The notes under the pieces: generated by a model
Told to the model about the DNA's origin: nothing
Databases searched by the model: none
The model's input: only the letters and a program-made list of their open reading frames with translations
Program-made: the position numbers and the translations under genes
Source of the DNA: Macrostomum lignano
Lineage: Eukaryota
Direction of reading: 5' to 3'
Length of the DNA: 64,000 nt
NCBI GenBank assembly: GCA_002269645.1
Contig: NIVC01001263.1
Coordinates: forward strand, 298,743 to 362,742
Part shown: positions 39,814 through 51,788 of the stretch, one piece after another
Layout: every line of letters starts with the position of its first letter
Position numbering within the stretch: the stretch's first letter is position 1

Positions 39814-42800
39814 TCAGGTCTTCCGCCTGGTGATGTGGTCGTAGATCACAATCTGCGTGTACTTCGGCGACTCAATGATAGTTCGAGTAGAATTGTCGCC
39901 TGGGTTGCTGGCCTGAATTTCAATTGGTTGCGTTTTAATTTAAACACTAATCATACTACTGACTACTTAGTGATTGAAAAAAAACTCACGTTCGGATCTA
40001 CGTTGAGAATTTTTCTGTCTCGCTTGTTTTTAAACAGCAGGCCCGAGGCGTTGTCCGCAATCACCGAGTAGTTTTGCGTCGGCGTTGAGGACACGTTGTG
40101 GGTCTCCCAGTTGTAGAAGCTGCGGGGTTATCCAGTTGTGGCACTTTGTAAACTTACGAGTGTTTGTGTAAGAAGTAGAGAGCCAGAATGCTATTTAGAC
40201 GGTGAGGGAGGAGGGGCAGGAAGTGAAGGAGGGCCAGGGAGTGAGGAGGGGCAGGGAGTCAAGTGTGGCAGGGAGTGAGGAGGGACAGGAAGTGAAGTGG
40301 GGCAGGGAGTGAGGTCAAGCAGGGAATGAGGTGGGGCAGAGAGTGAGGAGGGGCAGGGAGTCAAGTGGGGCAGGGAGTGGGGCAGGGAGTGCGGAGGGGC
40401 AGGGAGTGAGGAGGGCAGGCAGTGAGGAGGGGCAGGGAGTGAGGACGGGCAGGGAGTGGGGGCAGTGAGTGAGGTCGGGCAGGGAGTGCGGAGGGGCAGG
40501 GAGTGAGGAGGGGCAGGGAGTGAGGAGGGGCAGGGAGTGAGGACGGGCAGGGAGTGGGGGCAGTGAGTGAGGTCGGGCAGGGAGTGGGGGCAGGGAGTGC
40601 GGAGGGGCAGGGAGTGAGGAGGGGCAGGGAGTGAGGAGGGGCAGGGAGTGAGGACGGGCAGGGAGTGGGGCAGTGAGTGAGGTCGGGCAGGGAGTGGGGG
40701 CAGGGAGTGCGGAGGGGCAGGGAGTGAGGAGGGGCAGGGAGTGAGGACGGGGCAGGGAGTGAGGAGGGCAAGGGAGTGAGGAGGGGCAGAAAGTGAAGAG
40801 GGGCAGGAAGTGAGGAGTGGCAGGGCAGAGCCAAACGTTCTGCCGCCTCATCACCTCAGATCTGACGGCCTTGGCAGGAGCCGCCGGCGCTCATTAAAGT
40901 AGGGCTCGAAGTCCTCCATTTTGAGCCGGTGAGCATAATCGATATAACCGGAGATCTCCTGGCCCTTGTTGTTCTTGTCTCGTAGAAAAATAATTGTCTG
41001 TTAAAGACGGAGGGTTGGCAATCGTAAATTCATGTGCAATATGAAATTACGCAAGCCATCGCTGCACCGGTACTTACCGTCATCTTTCCGCTCCTGTTGG
41101 CCTCCTCGCGATTGGCCAGAGCCTTGAGGAAGGGGTCCTTGAACTCCTTGCCCGAGCTGGACAGAGCCCTGGAAGAGATGGCAAAAAATAAATAAGTGGC
41201 TGTGGTCACGTGATGTAGCAAGTAGAAATTTTTCTCGCCAGAAAGAAACGAACTAGTTGTACGAGCAGTTTACGAAAAACTGAGAAGTACATTTTCATGT
41301 ATCCAAGGAATAGCGGGTAACTACGTCGGTACAATTTGAGGAAATTGAAACAAAATTGCTACAGAAAAGTAACAGAAAGATTTAACAAGCCATTAATTCT
41401 ATTTCTACAGGTCTGCTACGAAATGGCTTTATAAATGTTGAATAAACATTGTGGCTTATCGATTTCTAATTTATGGTTTGGGATGCCGCTACAGCCGCTA
41501 TTTAATATTACCTGTACATATACAGTTTAGGAAAAACAAAAACTTTAAGAATTCAAACAAATTTTTGAACAAATAATTTTTTCGACTTCTTCTTTCGCAA
41601 TCAATGCAACAAATGATTATATAAGAACAGTAAGTGTATTTGTTGTCAGCTACAGTTGAAGGAATATATGATACGCAAATTAGAAGGCAAAAATGCTGAA
41701 AAGAATTTCAGCTGCTTTACTACTGTCAGTAGTGTGCACTTACACATGCTCCTCTCTTGAAAGTGAAGGAAAAAGTTATTCGCATTAATTTGGTTTTTAA
41801 TTATCTCCGTCATAAGGTGGAAAACTTCGCATTGTTCTAACTGGGTAGCTTCCCGTGTCTAGCGACTGAATAGATTTCTGATCTAGCCCACATGCATGAA
41901 GGATTAGAATGGATTACTGATCTAGCCAATGTCGATGAAGGAATAGAATGGATTGCTAATCTAGCAAATATGGATGAAGGAATAGAATTGATTGCTAATC
42001 TAGCAAATATGGATGAAGGAATAGAATGGATTGCTAATCTAGCCAACATGGATGAAGGAATAGAATGGATTGCTAATCTAGCCTACATGGATGAATGAAT
42101 AGAATGGATTGCTAATCTAGCCAACATGGATGAATGAATAGAATGGATTGCTAATCTAGCCAGTGTCGATGAAGGAATAGAATGGATTGCTAATCTAGCC
42201 AGTGTCGATGAAGGAATAGAATGGATTGCTTATCTAGCCAACATGGATGAAGGAATAGAATGGATTGCTAATCTAGCCAACATGGATGAAGGAATAGAAT
42301 GGATTGCTAATCTAGCCAACATGGATGAAGGAATAGAATGGATTGCTAATCTAGCCAACATGGATGCAGGAATAGAATGGATTGCTAATCTAGCCAACAT
42401 GGATGAAGGAATAGAATGGATTGCTAATCTAGCCAACATGGATGCAGGAATAGAATGGATTGCTAATCTAGCCGACATGGATGCAGGAATAGAATGGATT
42501 GCTAATCTAGCCAACATGGATGAAGGAATAGAATGGATTGCTAATCGAGCCAACATGGATGAAGGAATAGAATGGATTGCTAATCTAGCCGACATGGATG
42601 AAGGAATATAATGGATTGCTAATCTAGCCGACATGGATGAAGGAATAGAATGGATTGCTAATCTAGCCGACATGGATGCAGGAATAGAATGGATTGCTAA
42701 TCTAGCCAACATGGATGAAGGAATAGAATGGATTGCTAATCTAGCCAACATGGATGAAGGAATAGAAAGGATTGCTAATCTAGCCGACATGGATGAAGGA

Positions 42801-43948
42801 ATAGAATGGATTGCTAATCTAGCCGACATGGATGAAGGAATAGAATGGATTGCTAATCTAGCCGACATGGATGCAGGAATAGAATGGATTGCTAATCTAG
42901 CCAACATGGATGAAGGAATAGAATGGATTGCTAATCTAGCCAACATGGATGAAGGAATAGAATGGATTGCTAATCTAGCCGACATGGATGAAGGAATAGA
43001 ATGGATTGCTAATCTAGCCGACATGGATGAAGGAATAGAATGGATTGCTAATCTAGCCGACATGGATGCAGGAATAGAATGGATTGCTAATCTAGCCGAC
43101 ATGGATGCAGGAATAGAATGGATTGCTAATCTAGCCAACATGGATGAAGGAATAGAATGGATTGCTAATCTAGCCGACATGGATGAAGGAATAGAATGGA
43201 TTGCTAATCTAGCCGACATGGATGAAGGAATAGAATGGATTGCTAATCTAGCCGACATGGATGCAGGAATAGAATGGATTGCTAATCTGGCCGACATGGA
43301 TGCAGGAATAGAATGGATTGCTAATCTAGCCGATATGGATGAAGGAATATACTGAACTGCCAGATTGGCGAAATTTGATGGGGTAATGCCTAATGTGTCC
43401 GAAGCAATGGTAATGCTATTGTACAAATTATTCCATATTCCAAAGCAATTAGAAACCCACATACTTTAAACTGATTTCGAAATTCGCAAATAGAAAAATC
43501 TCTGCTTAATAAAGAAGAAATGACGGGGCGAAAGTGCTTCACAAAAATGGCGCCCAAAGACCACTCTAGTACACTACTTTAATACAACGGTGTCCTTGAG
43601 GGCACACATGGACTCACTTCTGCTGCGTCTGCTTCGATAGCTTGGCAGCCTCGGCGGCCTCCTTCCTAGCCGCGAATTCCTCCCGCTTGAGGACCTCGCC
43701 GCTGCCGCGGTAGCCGAGTTCCACAAGTTGGCGAGCCAGCTCCTCATCCTTCGGTTTGAGTAGATATGATTTGCCGTTTGAACTTCTTGAACTTTGCCGA
43801 AGATTGAAAGTTTTAAATAAAAGACTGCTATTTAACTAACCTCAAGGTAGTGCAGGTCCAAAGGAGTGACCTGGCTGTCTAGAAAGTCCTCATAGGTGTT
43901 GAACTCTGTCACAATGCTGTCCGCACCACCAACTGCTTCGTCTTCCAT
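39814..43948 (-). CDS. CFAP299: CFAP299 (C4orf22) cilia- and flagella-associated protein, complete (exons 43948-43841, 43748-43618, 41168-41078, 40997-40855, 40119-39990, 39912-39814; 233 aa)
   Basis: [54 protein letters not shown]...[50 protein letters not shown]...[15 protein letters not shown]...[16 protein letters not shown]...YDHITRRKT*. All six exons are phase-compatible and total 702 nt. Confidence 0.95.
40205..40830 (+). repeat. Purine-rich minisatellite (GGGGCAGGGAGTGAGGA variants) in CFAP299 intron 4
   Basis: Direct reading. Confidence 0.9.
41880..43350 (+). repeat. 39-bp minisatellite (GAAGGAATAGAATGGATTGCTAATCTAGCCAACATGGAT), array 2, in CFAP299 intron 2
   Basis: Tandem copies; same family and orientation as 38015-39510. 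Confidence 0.95.
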
Positions 43949-45428
43949 TGCTTACTGAAAAGATCACGTTTTTCTGTTTTGATTTTTTTAAATTCAGCAA
44001 GAAACATTGAAATCTCATTTTGGCTGCATGGCTTATTGAAAAAAGTATCCATTGTGTGAATTTTTTAAGAAAAAACTTTCTATTGTCTTTTTATGTGCTG
44101 TATGGCATTAAATTTGCTTTCTTCCAAACTAAAAGTCAACCAGATAAAGTCAGAGTTTGATGCTTTTTAAGATTAATGAGAAAAACTATAATAGTAGCTG
44201 AATTGCTTCTTTTTTATGAATTATTTTTAAGAGCTATTATCTATAAATTAAAGTAAGAACTATCTTACAAATTTTACTAAAGTGCAACATGCTTATATAT
44301 TATGTTATAATATAACCTTATGTGATTAAATATTCGCTATGTATTTTCATTGATATCCTCCATATTGCGAGAGAGTACTAATTCTGCCTATTCAGGATAA
44401 AATGTATATCTCGTTTTCTTATTTCGAAAAATTCGTTGTCTTTTTACAAATAACTCGTAATCTCACAGTGTGAGTGAAAACTTGAAAGGCTGCGATAAAA
44501 TTGATTGAAGTAGTAAAAAATAAGACCGTGCCTAATAATAATATAGCTAACACATTTCTCGAGGTTGGTAATCGACGAAATTATTAAGTACGCTTGTAAA
44601 AACATTTTAGGTTTAAAAACATTTATTTTCCTAACAATTAAAAACGAACATATTGCAAAAATACGCATGTCATTGCTTTTTAAATAGTGAGGCGTACTTG
44701 GAAACGAATTTGCTACTTAGTATAATAAAGTTTTATGTAGCTTTTATTATTAGACCTAAACTCTGAGAGTAATACATAGTTTAGAAGTAATATTAACCCA
44801 TGAAAACGTGTTTTTTAGTTTTTCTTTTTTACGAAACTTAGATACAGATCCACGTTGGCCTTTAAAGCTAAATTTTTTTCGAAATAGTCACTTTTCTGTT
44901 CTGAAACCATAAAATAATAAGGGTTTGAGCAGTTCAATAATGACAACTAACATTATGATGATTGATATTTTGTACACAAATAATGAAATACATTATTGCA
45001 TTCTTTTAAATGCAAATCACAAAGCAACTTGAAGTTTGCGTATAAAAAAGGGTCTATAAAATTGCAAAATTAAAAACTATTATCTCTATTTTTATTGTTT
45101 ATGTAAATCAAGGGTAAAATAGCTGATAAATCATAAGCTTAACTGGCATAATTTTATTTGTATTTTAAGTATTAAATACTTTTAATACCTCTATAAAGCA
45201 TTTCTGCCAATAAGTTTGTTTTAGTTTGCACTTGGAATTACGTTTAAACGTCATCTGCTGACGATTGTTCAAGGAATATTCAAAAGCCTTCCAGCGACTT
45301 ATACTAATGATACTAAGTATATAAACGTATATAGGTTGGGTGAGTTTAGAAAGAATATGAGAGAATAATACTGATAATACAGAAAGAGTATAGCATACGT
45401 GCTCGTACGTGCATGTGCAAGAATAAAC

Positions 45429-46169
45429 ATGAGTAGCGTGTGGAACTGGGTTGGATCAAGAATTTCAACATCCTTTAGCTACTTTCTTGAGTTATTCGGA
45501 TTAAAAAATAAAAACGGTACGTTTCTAGTCATCGGCCTGGATAATGCCGGAAAAACGACTCTTTTGCGAAGGCTGAAAGAAGGCACTATGGGCACGCCGG
45601 TACCGACCTGGTATTCGTCGAAGTATGAATTCTCCTTTGGTGGCATCTACTTCACAGCTTTTGATGTCGGGGGACATGAACAAGTGAGAAAGGTTTGGCG
45701 AACCTATTTTCCAGCAGTGGATGCGATCATTTTTATTGTTGACGCCTCTGACCATCAAAGGTGCGTACATGTTTACATGGACAACCGTGTGTACAACGGT
45801 TAAAGCTAATTAAATCGCGAATGTAAAGTAATAATTTTCTTTTGAAAAACCCCCGAATCGCACCAATTCCAAAAGGTTCTCCGAGGCGCGCGCCGAGCTC
45901 GACTCGCTATTGTCCGACATCTCGATCCCAGCTGACGCGCCGCTGCTGCTGCTGGGCAATAAGATCGACCGGCCGACAGCAGCGTCAGAGGAGGATCTGC
46001 GTCGCTGGCTTGGCGTGCAGCACCGGACAACTGGGAAGCAGCTGGCTCAGGCTGGCGCCGCTGCGGGCATCGAGTTCCAGTCTAGGCCAATGGAACTGTT
46101 CATGTGCTCCGTTCTGCAGCAACAGGGTACGGGGAAGCGTTTCGATGGCTGACCAGTCACATGCGCTAA
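45429..46169 (+). CDS. SAR1: SAR1-family COPII GTPase (exons 45429-45760, 45876-46169), with an apparent 1-nt deletion at ~46126
   Basis: GLDNAGKT, PTW, FDVGGHEQVRKVW, GNKID, RPMELFMCSV. Restoring one base gives ..QGYGEAFRWLTSHMR*, matching the SAR1 GYGEGFRWL terminus. Confidence 0.9.
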
Positions 46170-46519
46170 TCCAGAGACGAAGGCGACTAATCCATAGTGA
46201 CCTACATGTAATATGCTCCATGCGTATGCACGTTTTATTTGAGATCCTTTAGTTGCTAACGTAGCTGTTGTATTGCCCCAAAATGCACATACATGTAATT
46301 TGTAATTTGCTAGCTTGTAAACGAGAGGCGTCTATAAATTATAATGGTACTTCAGTAGCAATCAGTAGCATTTAGACTCAATTGTAATTTAGAATCTGCA
46401 AATTTTGTAGTACACCTAAGCAAGAACCTAAGAAAAACAAATTACAGGCCTAAAATTTGCATTGCGGGCGTTTGGATGATGTAGAACGTAGAAATGACAC
46501 AATCGGATATATCGTCTAA

Positions 46520-47560
46520 AAATTGCTATCTGGGGGGATGCTTGCTATCTGGGGGATGCTTGCTATGTGGGGGGATGCTTGCTATCTGGGGGGATGCTTG
46601 CTATCTGGGAGGATGCTTGCTATCTGGGAGGATGCTTGCTATCTGGGGGATGCTTGCTATCTGGGGGATGCTTGCTATCTGGGGATGCTTGCTATCTGGG
46701 GGATGCTTGCTATCTGGGAGGATGCTTACTATCTGGGGGATGCTTGCTATCTGGGAGGATGCTTGCTATCTGGGGGATGCTTGCTATCTGGGGGATGCTT
46801 GCTATCTGGGGGATGCTTGCTATCTGGGGGATGCTTGCTATCTGGGGGATGCTTGCTATCTGGGGGGATGCTTGCTATCTGGGGGATGCTTGCTATCTGG
46901 GGGATGCTTGCTATCTGGGGATGCTTGCTATCTGGGGGATGCTTGCTATCTGGGGGATGCTTGCTATCTGGGGGATGCTTGCTATCTGGGGGATGCTTGC
47001 TATCTGGGGGATGCTTGCTATCTGGGGGATGCTTGCTATCTGGGGGATGCTTGCTATCTGGGAGGATGCTTGCTATCTGGGGGATGCTTACTATCTGGGA
47101 GGATGCTTGCTATCTGGGGGATGCTTGCTATCTGGGGGATGCTTACTTCTGGGGGATGCTTGCTATCTGGGGGATGCTTGCTATCTGGGGGATGCTTGCT
47201 ATCTGGGGGATGCTTACTATCTGGGGGATGCTTGCTATCTGGGGGATGCTTACTATCTGGGAGGATGCTTGCTATCTGGGTGGATGCTTACTATCTGGGG
47301 GATGCTTGCTATCTGGGAGGATGCTTGCTATCTGGGGGGATGCTTGCTATCTGGGGGATGCTTGCTATCTGGGAGGATGCTTGCTATCTGGGTGGATGCT
47401 TACTATCTGGGGGGATGCTTGCTATCTGGGAGGATGCTTGCTATCTGGGTGGATGCTTGCTATCTGAGAGGATGCTTGCTATCTGGGGGATGCTTGCTAT
47501 CTGGGGGATGCTTGCTATCTGGGGGATGCTTGCTATCTGGGTGGATGCTTGCTCTCTTGG
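46520..47560 (+). repeat. 18-bp minisatellite (GCTATCTGGGGGATGCTT) 3' of SAR1
   Basis: Tandem copies with G-run length variants. Confidence 0.95.
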
Positions 47561-47646
47561 GGATGTTTTCTATTTAGGGGGAATGTCTGTTATCTTCGTG
47601 AAACATTATGTTATTGTCTTTCTGTTGTTTAGAAAAAAAGAAAGAG

Positions 47647-47680
47647 CAGGGACTACTCAAACATGTTTGAGTAGTCCCTG
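47647..47680. mobile_element. 34-bp perfect palindrome with hAT-like ends and an exact 8-bp TSD
   Basis: CAGGGACTACTCAAACATGTTTGAGTAGTCCCTG, flanked on both sides by AGAAAGAG (47639-47646 and 47681-47688). Confidence 0.8.
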
Positions 47681-47825
47681 AGAAAGAGATTCATAGTAAA
47701 CATCTGTGTCCGTGACAATTGTACTCGAACAAGGTGATTTATAAAACTGAAGAAGGAATTGGTTCTTAAGAAAATGAGCTTTTTTAATTGTTTTCCATAA
47801 ATAAGTTTTGCTCCTTGCTTATTGG

Positions 47826-47855
47826 GCGCCCCGAAGGGGGGCTCTAGATTGCTAG
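47826..47855 (+). mobile_element. Possible Helitron 3' terminus
   Basis: GC hairpin GCCCC-GAA-GGGGGGC, then 9 nt, then CTAG followed by T. The 5' TC end was not located. Confidence 0.4.
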
Positions 47856-48688
47856 TCAAGTACAAAAAACTAATGACACGAAAACTCCCCTCAAAAATAT
47901 GATCTATTCTACGAGCTAGATATGTACCACACTAAAATCTGACCAAACGTTAATCAATAAAACACCACAATATTTTATCCATCCCAACAATTCGAAAATA
48001 ATTGGCTCAAATCAGATCTACTACTTAAAAGGCTAAAAAACTACACATAATTGAGCTTGAAAGAAAATACACCTACATCCTTTAAGCAACTAATTTTAAA
48101 TAAACAATTCGAAAACATTTCTAAGCTCTCCGTTTGATTCAGTATATTGACAGCGCTGCCTCGATGAAGTCAGAAAGTTCTGAGAGTAGCGCGCGGGCTT
48201 TTGCGGCATGCGTTGTCAGGTAAATTGCGTCATACAAGTGATACATGCGGCTTGCAAAATAAGCATTGGATATAAGCTGTGACTCAAAGGTAATCGAGCG
48301 GCTCGAGAAAGAAGTGCGCGAGGACGAGCAGAATGTGCAAAATCTGCTAATAATCTCTTAGTAGCGAAATCTCTAGAGACGGCGAACCAGACGGCTCGAA
48401 ATCTCCATAGGCAGAGGGTGCTGCTGTATTGTTTAATCAAAACTTCAGACTCGATTTTTAGCATCAATAATAAACATAATGATTAATAAAAAACCGTTTT
48501 CAATAGCATTGTGCGTAACCTTTTCACTAACCTCAGAAACGCATTATGCAACTGCTGATAAGGGTGCTGATAAGGGTAACAAAAGTGACTACTTTTCACA
48601 CCTCTTACATGCTACTTGTCAGATGCTTTGAATCTGATAAACTTGCATCAAAGGAAACCATACCCCACTCACAGTTGCGGTTGACCTG

Positions 48689-49601
48689 GGGCCCGTGCTA
48701 TAGAATACTCTTAACTCCTAAATCCTTAAGAGTGTCCTAACTCCTAGCTCCTAGCTGGCTTTTCTGTGCTATAGAATCAAGAGTAAATTTAAGAGCTAGG
48801 AGGCTCCTTAAGGACGTTAGGAGACTCCTGGGTGAATTTAGGAGACCTCTTTAGGGTTTGTCGCGTGCTATAGAATAAGGAGCGGAGCGTAGGAGCTAGG
48901 AGCTAGGAATTGCCGTTTAGGAGTGAGTTTTAGGAGTGCGTGTCCTATAGAAGGAGCGAAACTCATTTCTAGCTCCTAACTCCTAGTTAAGACTTCAAGG
49001 GCCAAATTTCACTCTTAGGTTATAGTAGGATCGTGTGATTCGTTTCTTTTTTCATGTTTTCGGACAGTGAGCTAGGCTCCGACGATGAGGGAGCTAATGA
49101 TCGGCGACCCAGACAATTTAAGCAGAGGATTAACTTTTTTGAAGAATATAATACTGTGTCACGATTTCGGCTCAATGAGAATCAACTCTTGGCGACATTC
49201 AAGGATGACCTCTCTCCACATTTCAATCTTGAGTGCTTTTGTTATTGTTGGCGAAAAGGCACCGAAAAGGTACACGTCCTTTCGAGCCGCAATCGCTTTA
49301 AGAAACGCAACTTTTTGGTTTGCTTGCATTGTTTGAATTCACGAATTGCTCCTATAATTACTCCTTAAGGTGCGTACATTTAGGAGTTTAATTAGCACGT
49401 AGATTGGCAGACTCCTTAGCCAATCGCCTTACACTCCTTAGAACTCCTCCTCACTCCTATGCTGCACTCCTTAAAACAACTCCTAGCTCCTAACTCTTGA
49501 TTCTTGAACTCTATAGCCCACAAAATCGATTCGCTCCTTGCTAGGAGCACTCCTGACTCCTAACTCCTTACTCTTTGCTCTTAAATCTATAGCATGGGCC
49601 C
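48689..49601 (+). mobile_element. 913-bp non-autonomous PIF/Harbinger derivative
   Basis: 16-bp TIR GGGCCC(G/A)TGCTATAGA (1 mismatch) and 3-bp TSD CTG (CWG type). Subterminal CTCCTAG/TAGGAG repeats. The internal ATG at 49054 gives MFSDSE..RRPRQFKQRINFFEE..SRFRLNE, resembling a Harbinger nuclease N-terminus. Confidence 0.8.
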
Positions 49602-50030
49602 CTGGTCGTCAAAACTGCATATGAGCGTGTTTATGCTCCAATTAGTCGTGTCGTGTAAAACGAAGGGAAGTGACAGGCTATTTTTATATGCTATGCAATA
49701 CAGTCGAGTATATTTGCAGTTGCTTTAAAAAAACAAATTAACGCACGCACAGCAGAGATTTTGAGTGACTAAAACAAAAAATCATAATATTGCTTTTAGT
49801 TTAGTAACAAGACCAAATACAGGCAGCGTAAAGAACCGAGTCCTTAAAGGGTGATGAGAACTGACCACGACCAGTTAAGATTCCGGGAGAAGATTCTGAG
49901 GGAGGGAGCGGAGGGGAAGATCAGATCGCACATTGATAAGAGATTCTCAAGTTTACATGTTCCATGAATGTTTGTTATTGTGTTCACAAGAAGTAATCAA
50001 GTCAAGCATTTACTTGAAGCAATTAGTACT

Positions 50031-50336
50031 TCAGTTAGATATAGAAACTCGCACAATGTCTTCAACAGTGATCGCCTTTGGCTGACTTCCAAATCGACTC
50101 AGTAGTTTAGCGGAAGCCGCCAGCGTTGCCAGAGTTGGTCTCGGCGGAGGCTGAGGATGGGGCTGAGACTCATGGTGCACCCCTGCGCACTCTCTGGCAT
50201 TACTAGCCGGTTTTTCCGAGATGAAGCTGACTTCGGTTACGCGGCTATCATTGTGATCAAAGTTCTGCTGGTTGCTCTCATAGTCCACGTCGTCATCGAT
50301 GGCGGCGCTCTCCAAGTCTGTGTTCGGCTTGGCCAT
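50031..50336 (-). CDS. Possible first coding exon of an unidentified gene
   Basis: Non-repetitive ATG ORF (MAKPNTDLESAAIDDD...PKAITVEDIVR) downstream of an acceptor-like CTCTATAG at 50431. No downstream exons were confirmed. Confidence 0.3.
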   Translation of the reverse strand: MAKPNTDLESAAIDDDVDYESNQQNFDHNDSRVTEVSFISEKPASNARECAGVHHESQPHPQPPPRPTLATLAASAKLLSRFGSQPKAITVEDIVRVSISN

Positions 50337-50807
50337 GCTTGGTTGTGGCTTGGTGCTGGTGGACTTGGTTGTTCTGGTTCAAATTCCGATAAAATGCTGG
50401 ATAAATTACCCCGCTCGATATCAGACTAGCCTATAGAGGATTCTTTCCTTCAAGGCCAATCGATATTAACAGGGGTGGGTGAACTGAAACGTGTACATTC
50501 TTGCAATGTACATCAAACGCACTAACCTTGGCCGTGAAAAGCGGCCTGTCCAACCGCCAAATTAGTTCAGTAGCTTGCTTAACCCGACTGACACGACGCC
50601 ACCCCCCTACCCCCACCGAGAATGTACATGCAGAACTTTGTGTACATAGTCTGCGGTAAGGATTAATTTCCCTCAGAGCTATAAATAGAATCATTCACTT
50701 CAGTTGAACAACCCTTGACCTTGGCCTTGAGCCTTTGAGTAAAGACCATTTGCAAGCCATTTAACTTTCTTTAGAAGTGCAATAGCCCCAGTAATATTAC
50801 ATTAGAT

Positions 50808-50944
50808 TCAGCAACATTGAAAACCGCCGCCCTAGACCCAGTGCACCTGAGTGAGAGTTGAAAACCTTCTGCCATATGCAGTTTAGTGAGCTGAAGTCGA
50901 TCGCTCTGCCAATGCTCTAGGGTGTTGGTTTTCAATGTTGCTGA
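50808..50944. repeat. 137-bp inverted repeat (29-bp arms, 3 mismatches), MITE-like, no TSD found
   Basis: TCAGCAACATTGAAAACCGCCGCCCTAGA ... TCTAGGGTGTTGGTTTTCAATGTTGCTGA. Confidence 0.6.
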
Positions 50945-51788
50945 GTACGCTCGCATGTATGCCAAAATCTTTTAAAAGCTTTGAATAATAAATTTACTAC
51001 TGCTTGTTTATTTTTTTGAGAAAACAAGGAACTATTCTCTTCAAAAACCATAAAGACAAGATAAAGGAAAATCGCAGAGGAGCAACAAAAAAAAACGCGC
51101 ACCCAAAATGGCTTGAATTCTCTTTCAATCGCAGCATTATTACCATTTGTACTTCGAGTAAAAAAGTAAAAATGCTAATTACAAAAGCTGCAGTTTGACA
51201 TGTCACGCTTGCTACTTGTTGTAAGTAGTGCAATATGGAAGGACAATTGAAGCGCTAGCTTATTACAGATACACAGAAAAATTTTACGGGGCACAATACT
51301 AAACAGACTACTAAAAGTATCAGTATATTCTGCGTGCATAATTTGATTTTTAAAGCAGATTTTAATCCAATTAAAAATACCAGTCACGGGTCTCAAATTC
51401 GACTAAACTCCTTCATTGAATTGATATAGGGATGGCGATTTTTCGAAAATAATTATTATAGCTCCTATCGAGGACCGACAATTTCCTAGGGGATCGAACC
51501 AGGCATGCCAAAGTCGAGAAGCTCACTGTCTCATAGAAGTTTTTGCATGATTAAAAATGCTAATTTCTGCTCCAGCAGAAAGAATTAAAATGAGTTGGTT
51601 GACTTTGCGGCAAAATAATTTTTTTCTCAAGCCGATATCATTTCTTCTTGCAGAAAATTTTTCAGAGAGAAAAAGCTTGAATTTGCTTTCAACACCGTGA
51701 GTATAACATCTTTTATTGTTTCTCCTGTCGGCTGCTCTTGCCCTGCCTCCCTCGCTACTGTCCATGGCTGAATCGGTGGACCTACTCT

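Noticed and set aside
42243-43355. ([13 protein letters not shown])n repeat protein
   Set aside because: It lies antisense within CFAP299 intron 2. The 39-bp period keeps frames open by default, variants are mostly non-synonymous, and stops and frameshifts occur in array 1.
46494-47681. Three long repeat ORFs (GGCLLS/GDACYL/WGMLAI)
   Set aside because: All three frames are open because of the 18-bp unit; no coding context.
48130-48467. Short coding-like frames on both strands (e.g. IERLEKEVREDEQNVQNL)
   Set aside because: Could not be joined to phase-compatible exons, and there are stops nearby.
51489-51500. tRNA or SINE B-box (GGTTCGATCCCC on the minus strand)
   Set aside because: No A-box and no T-stem pairing.
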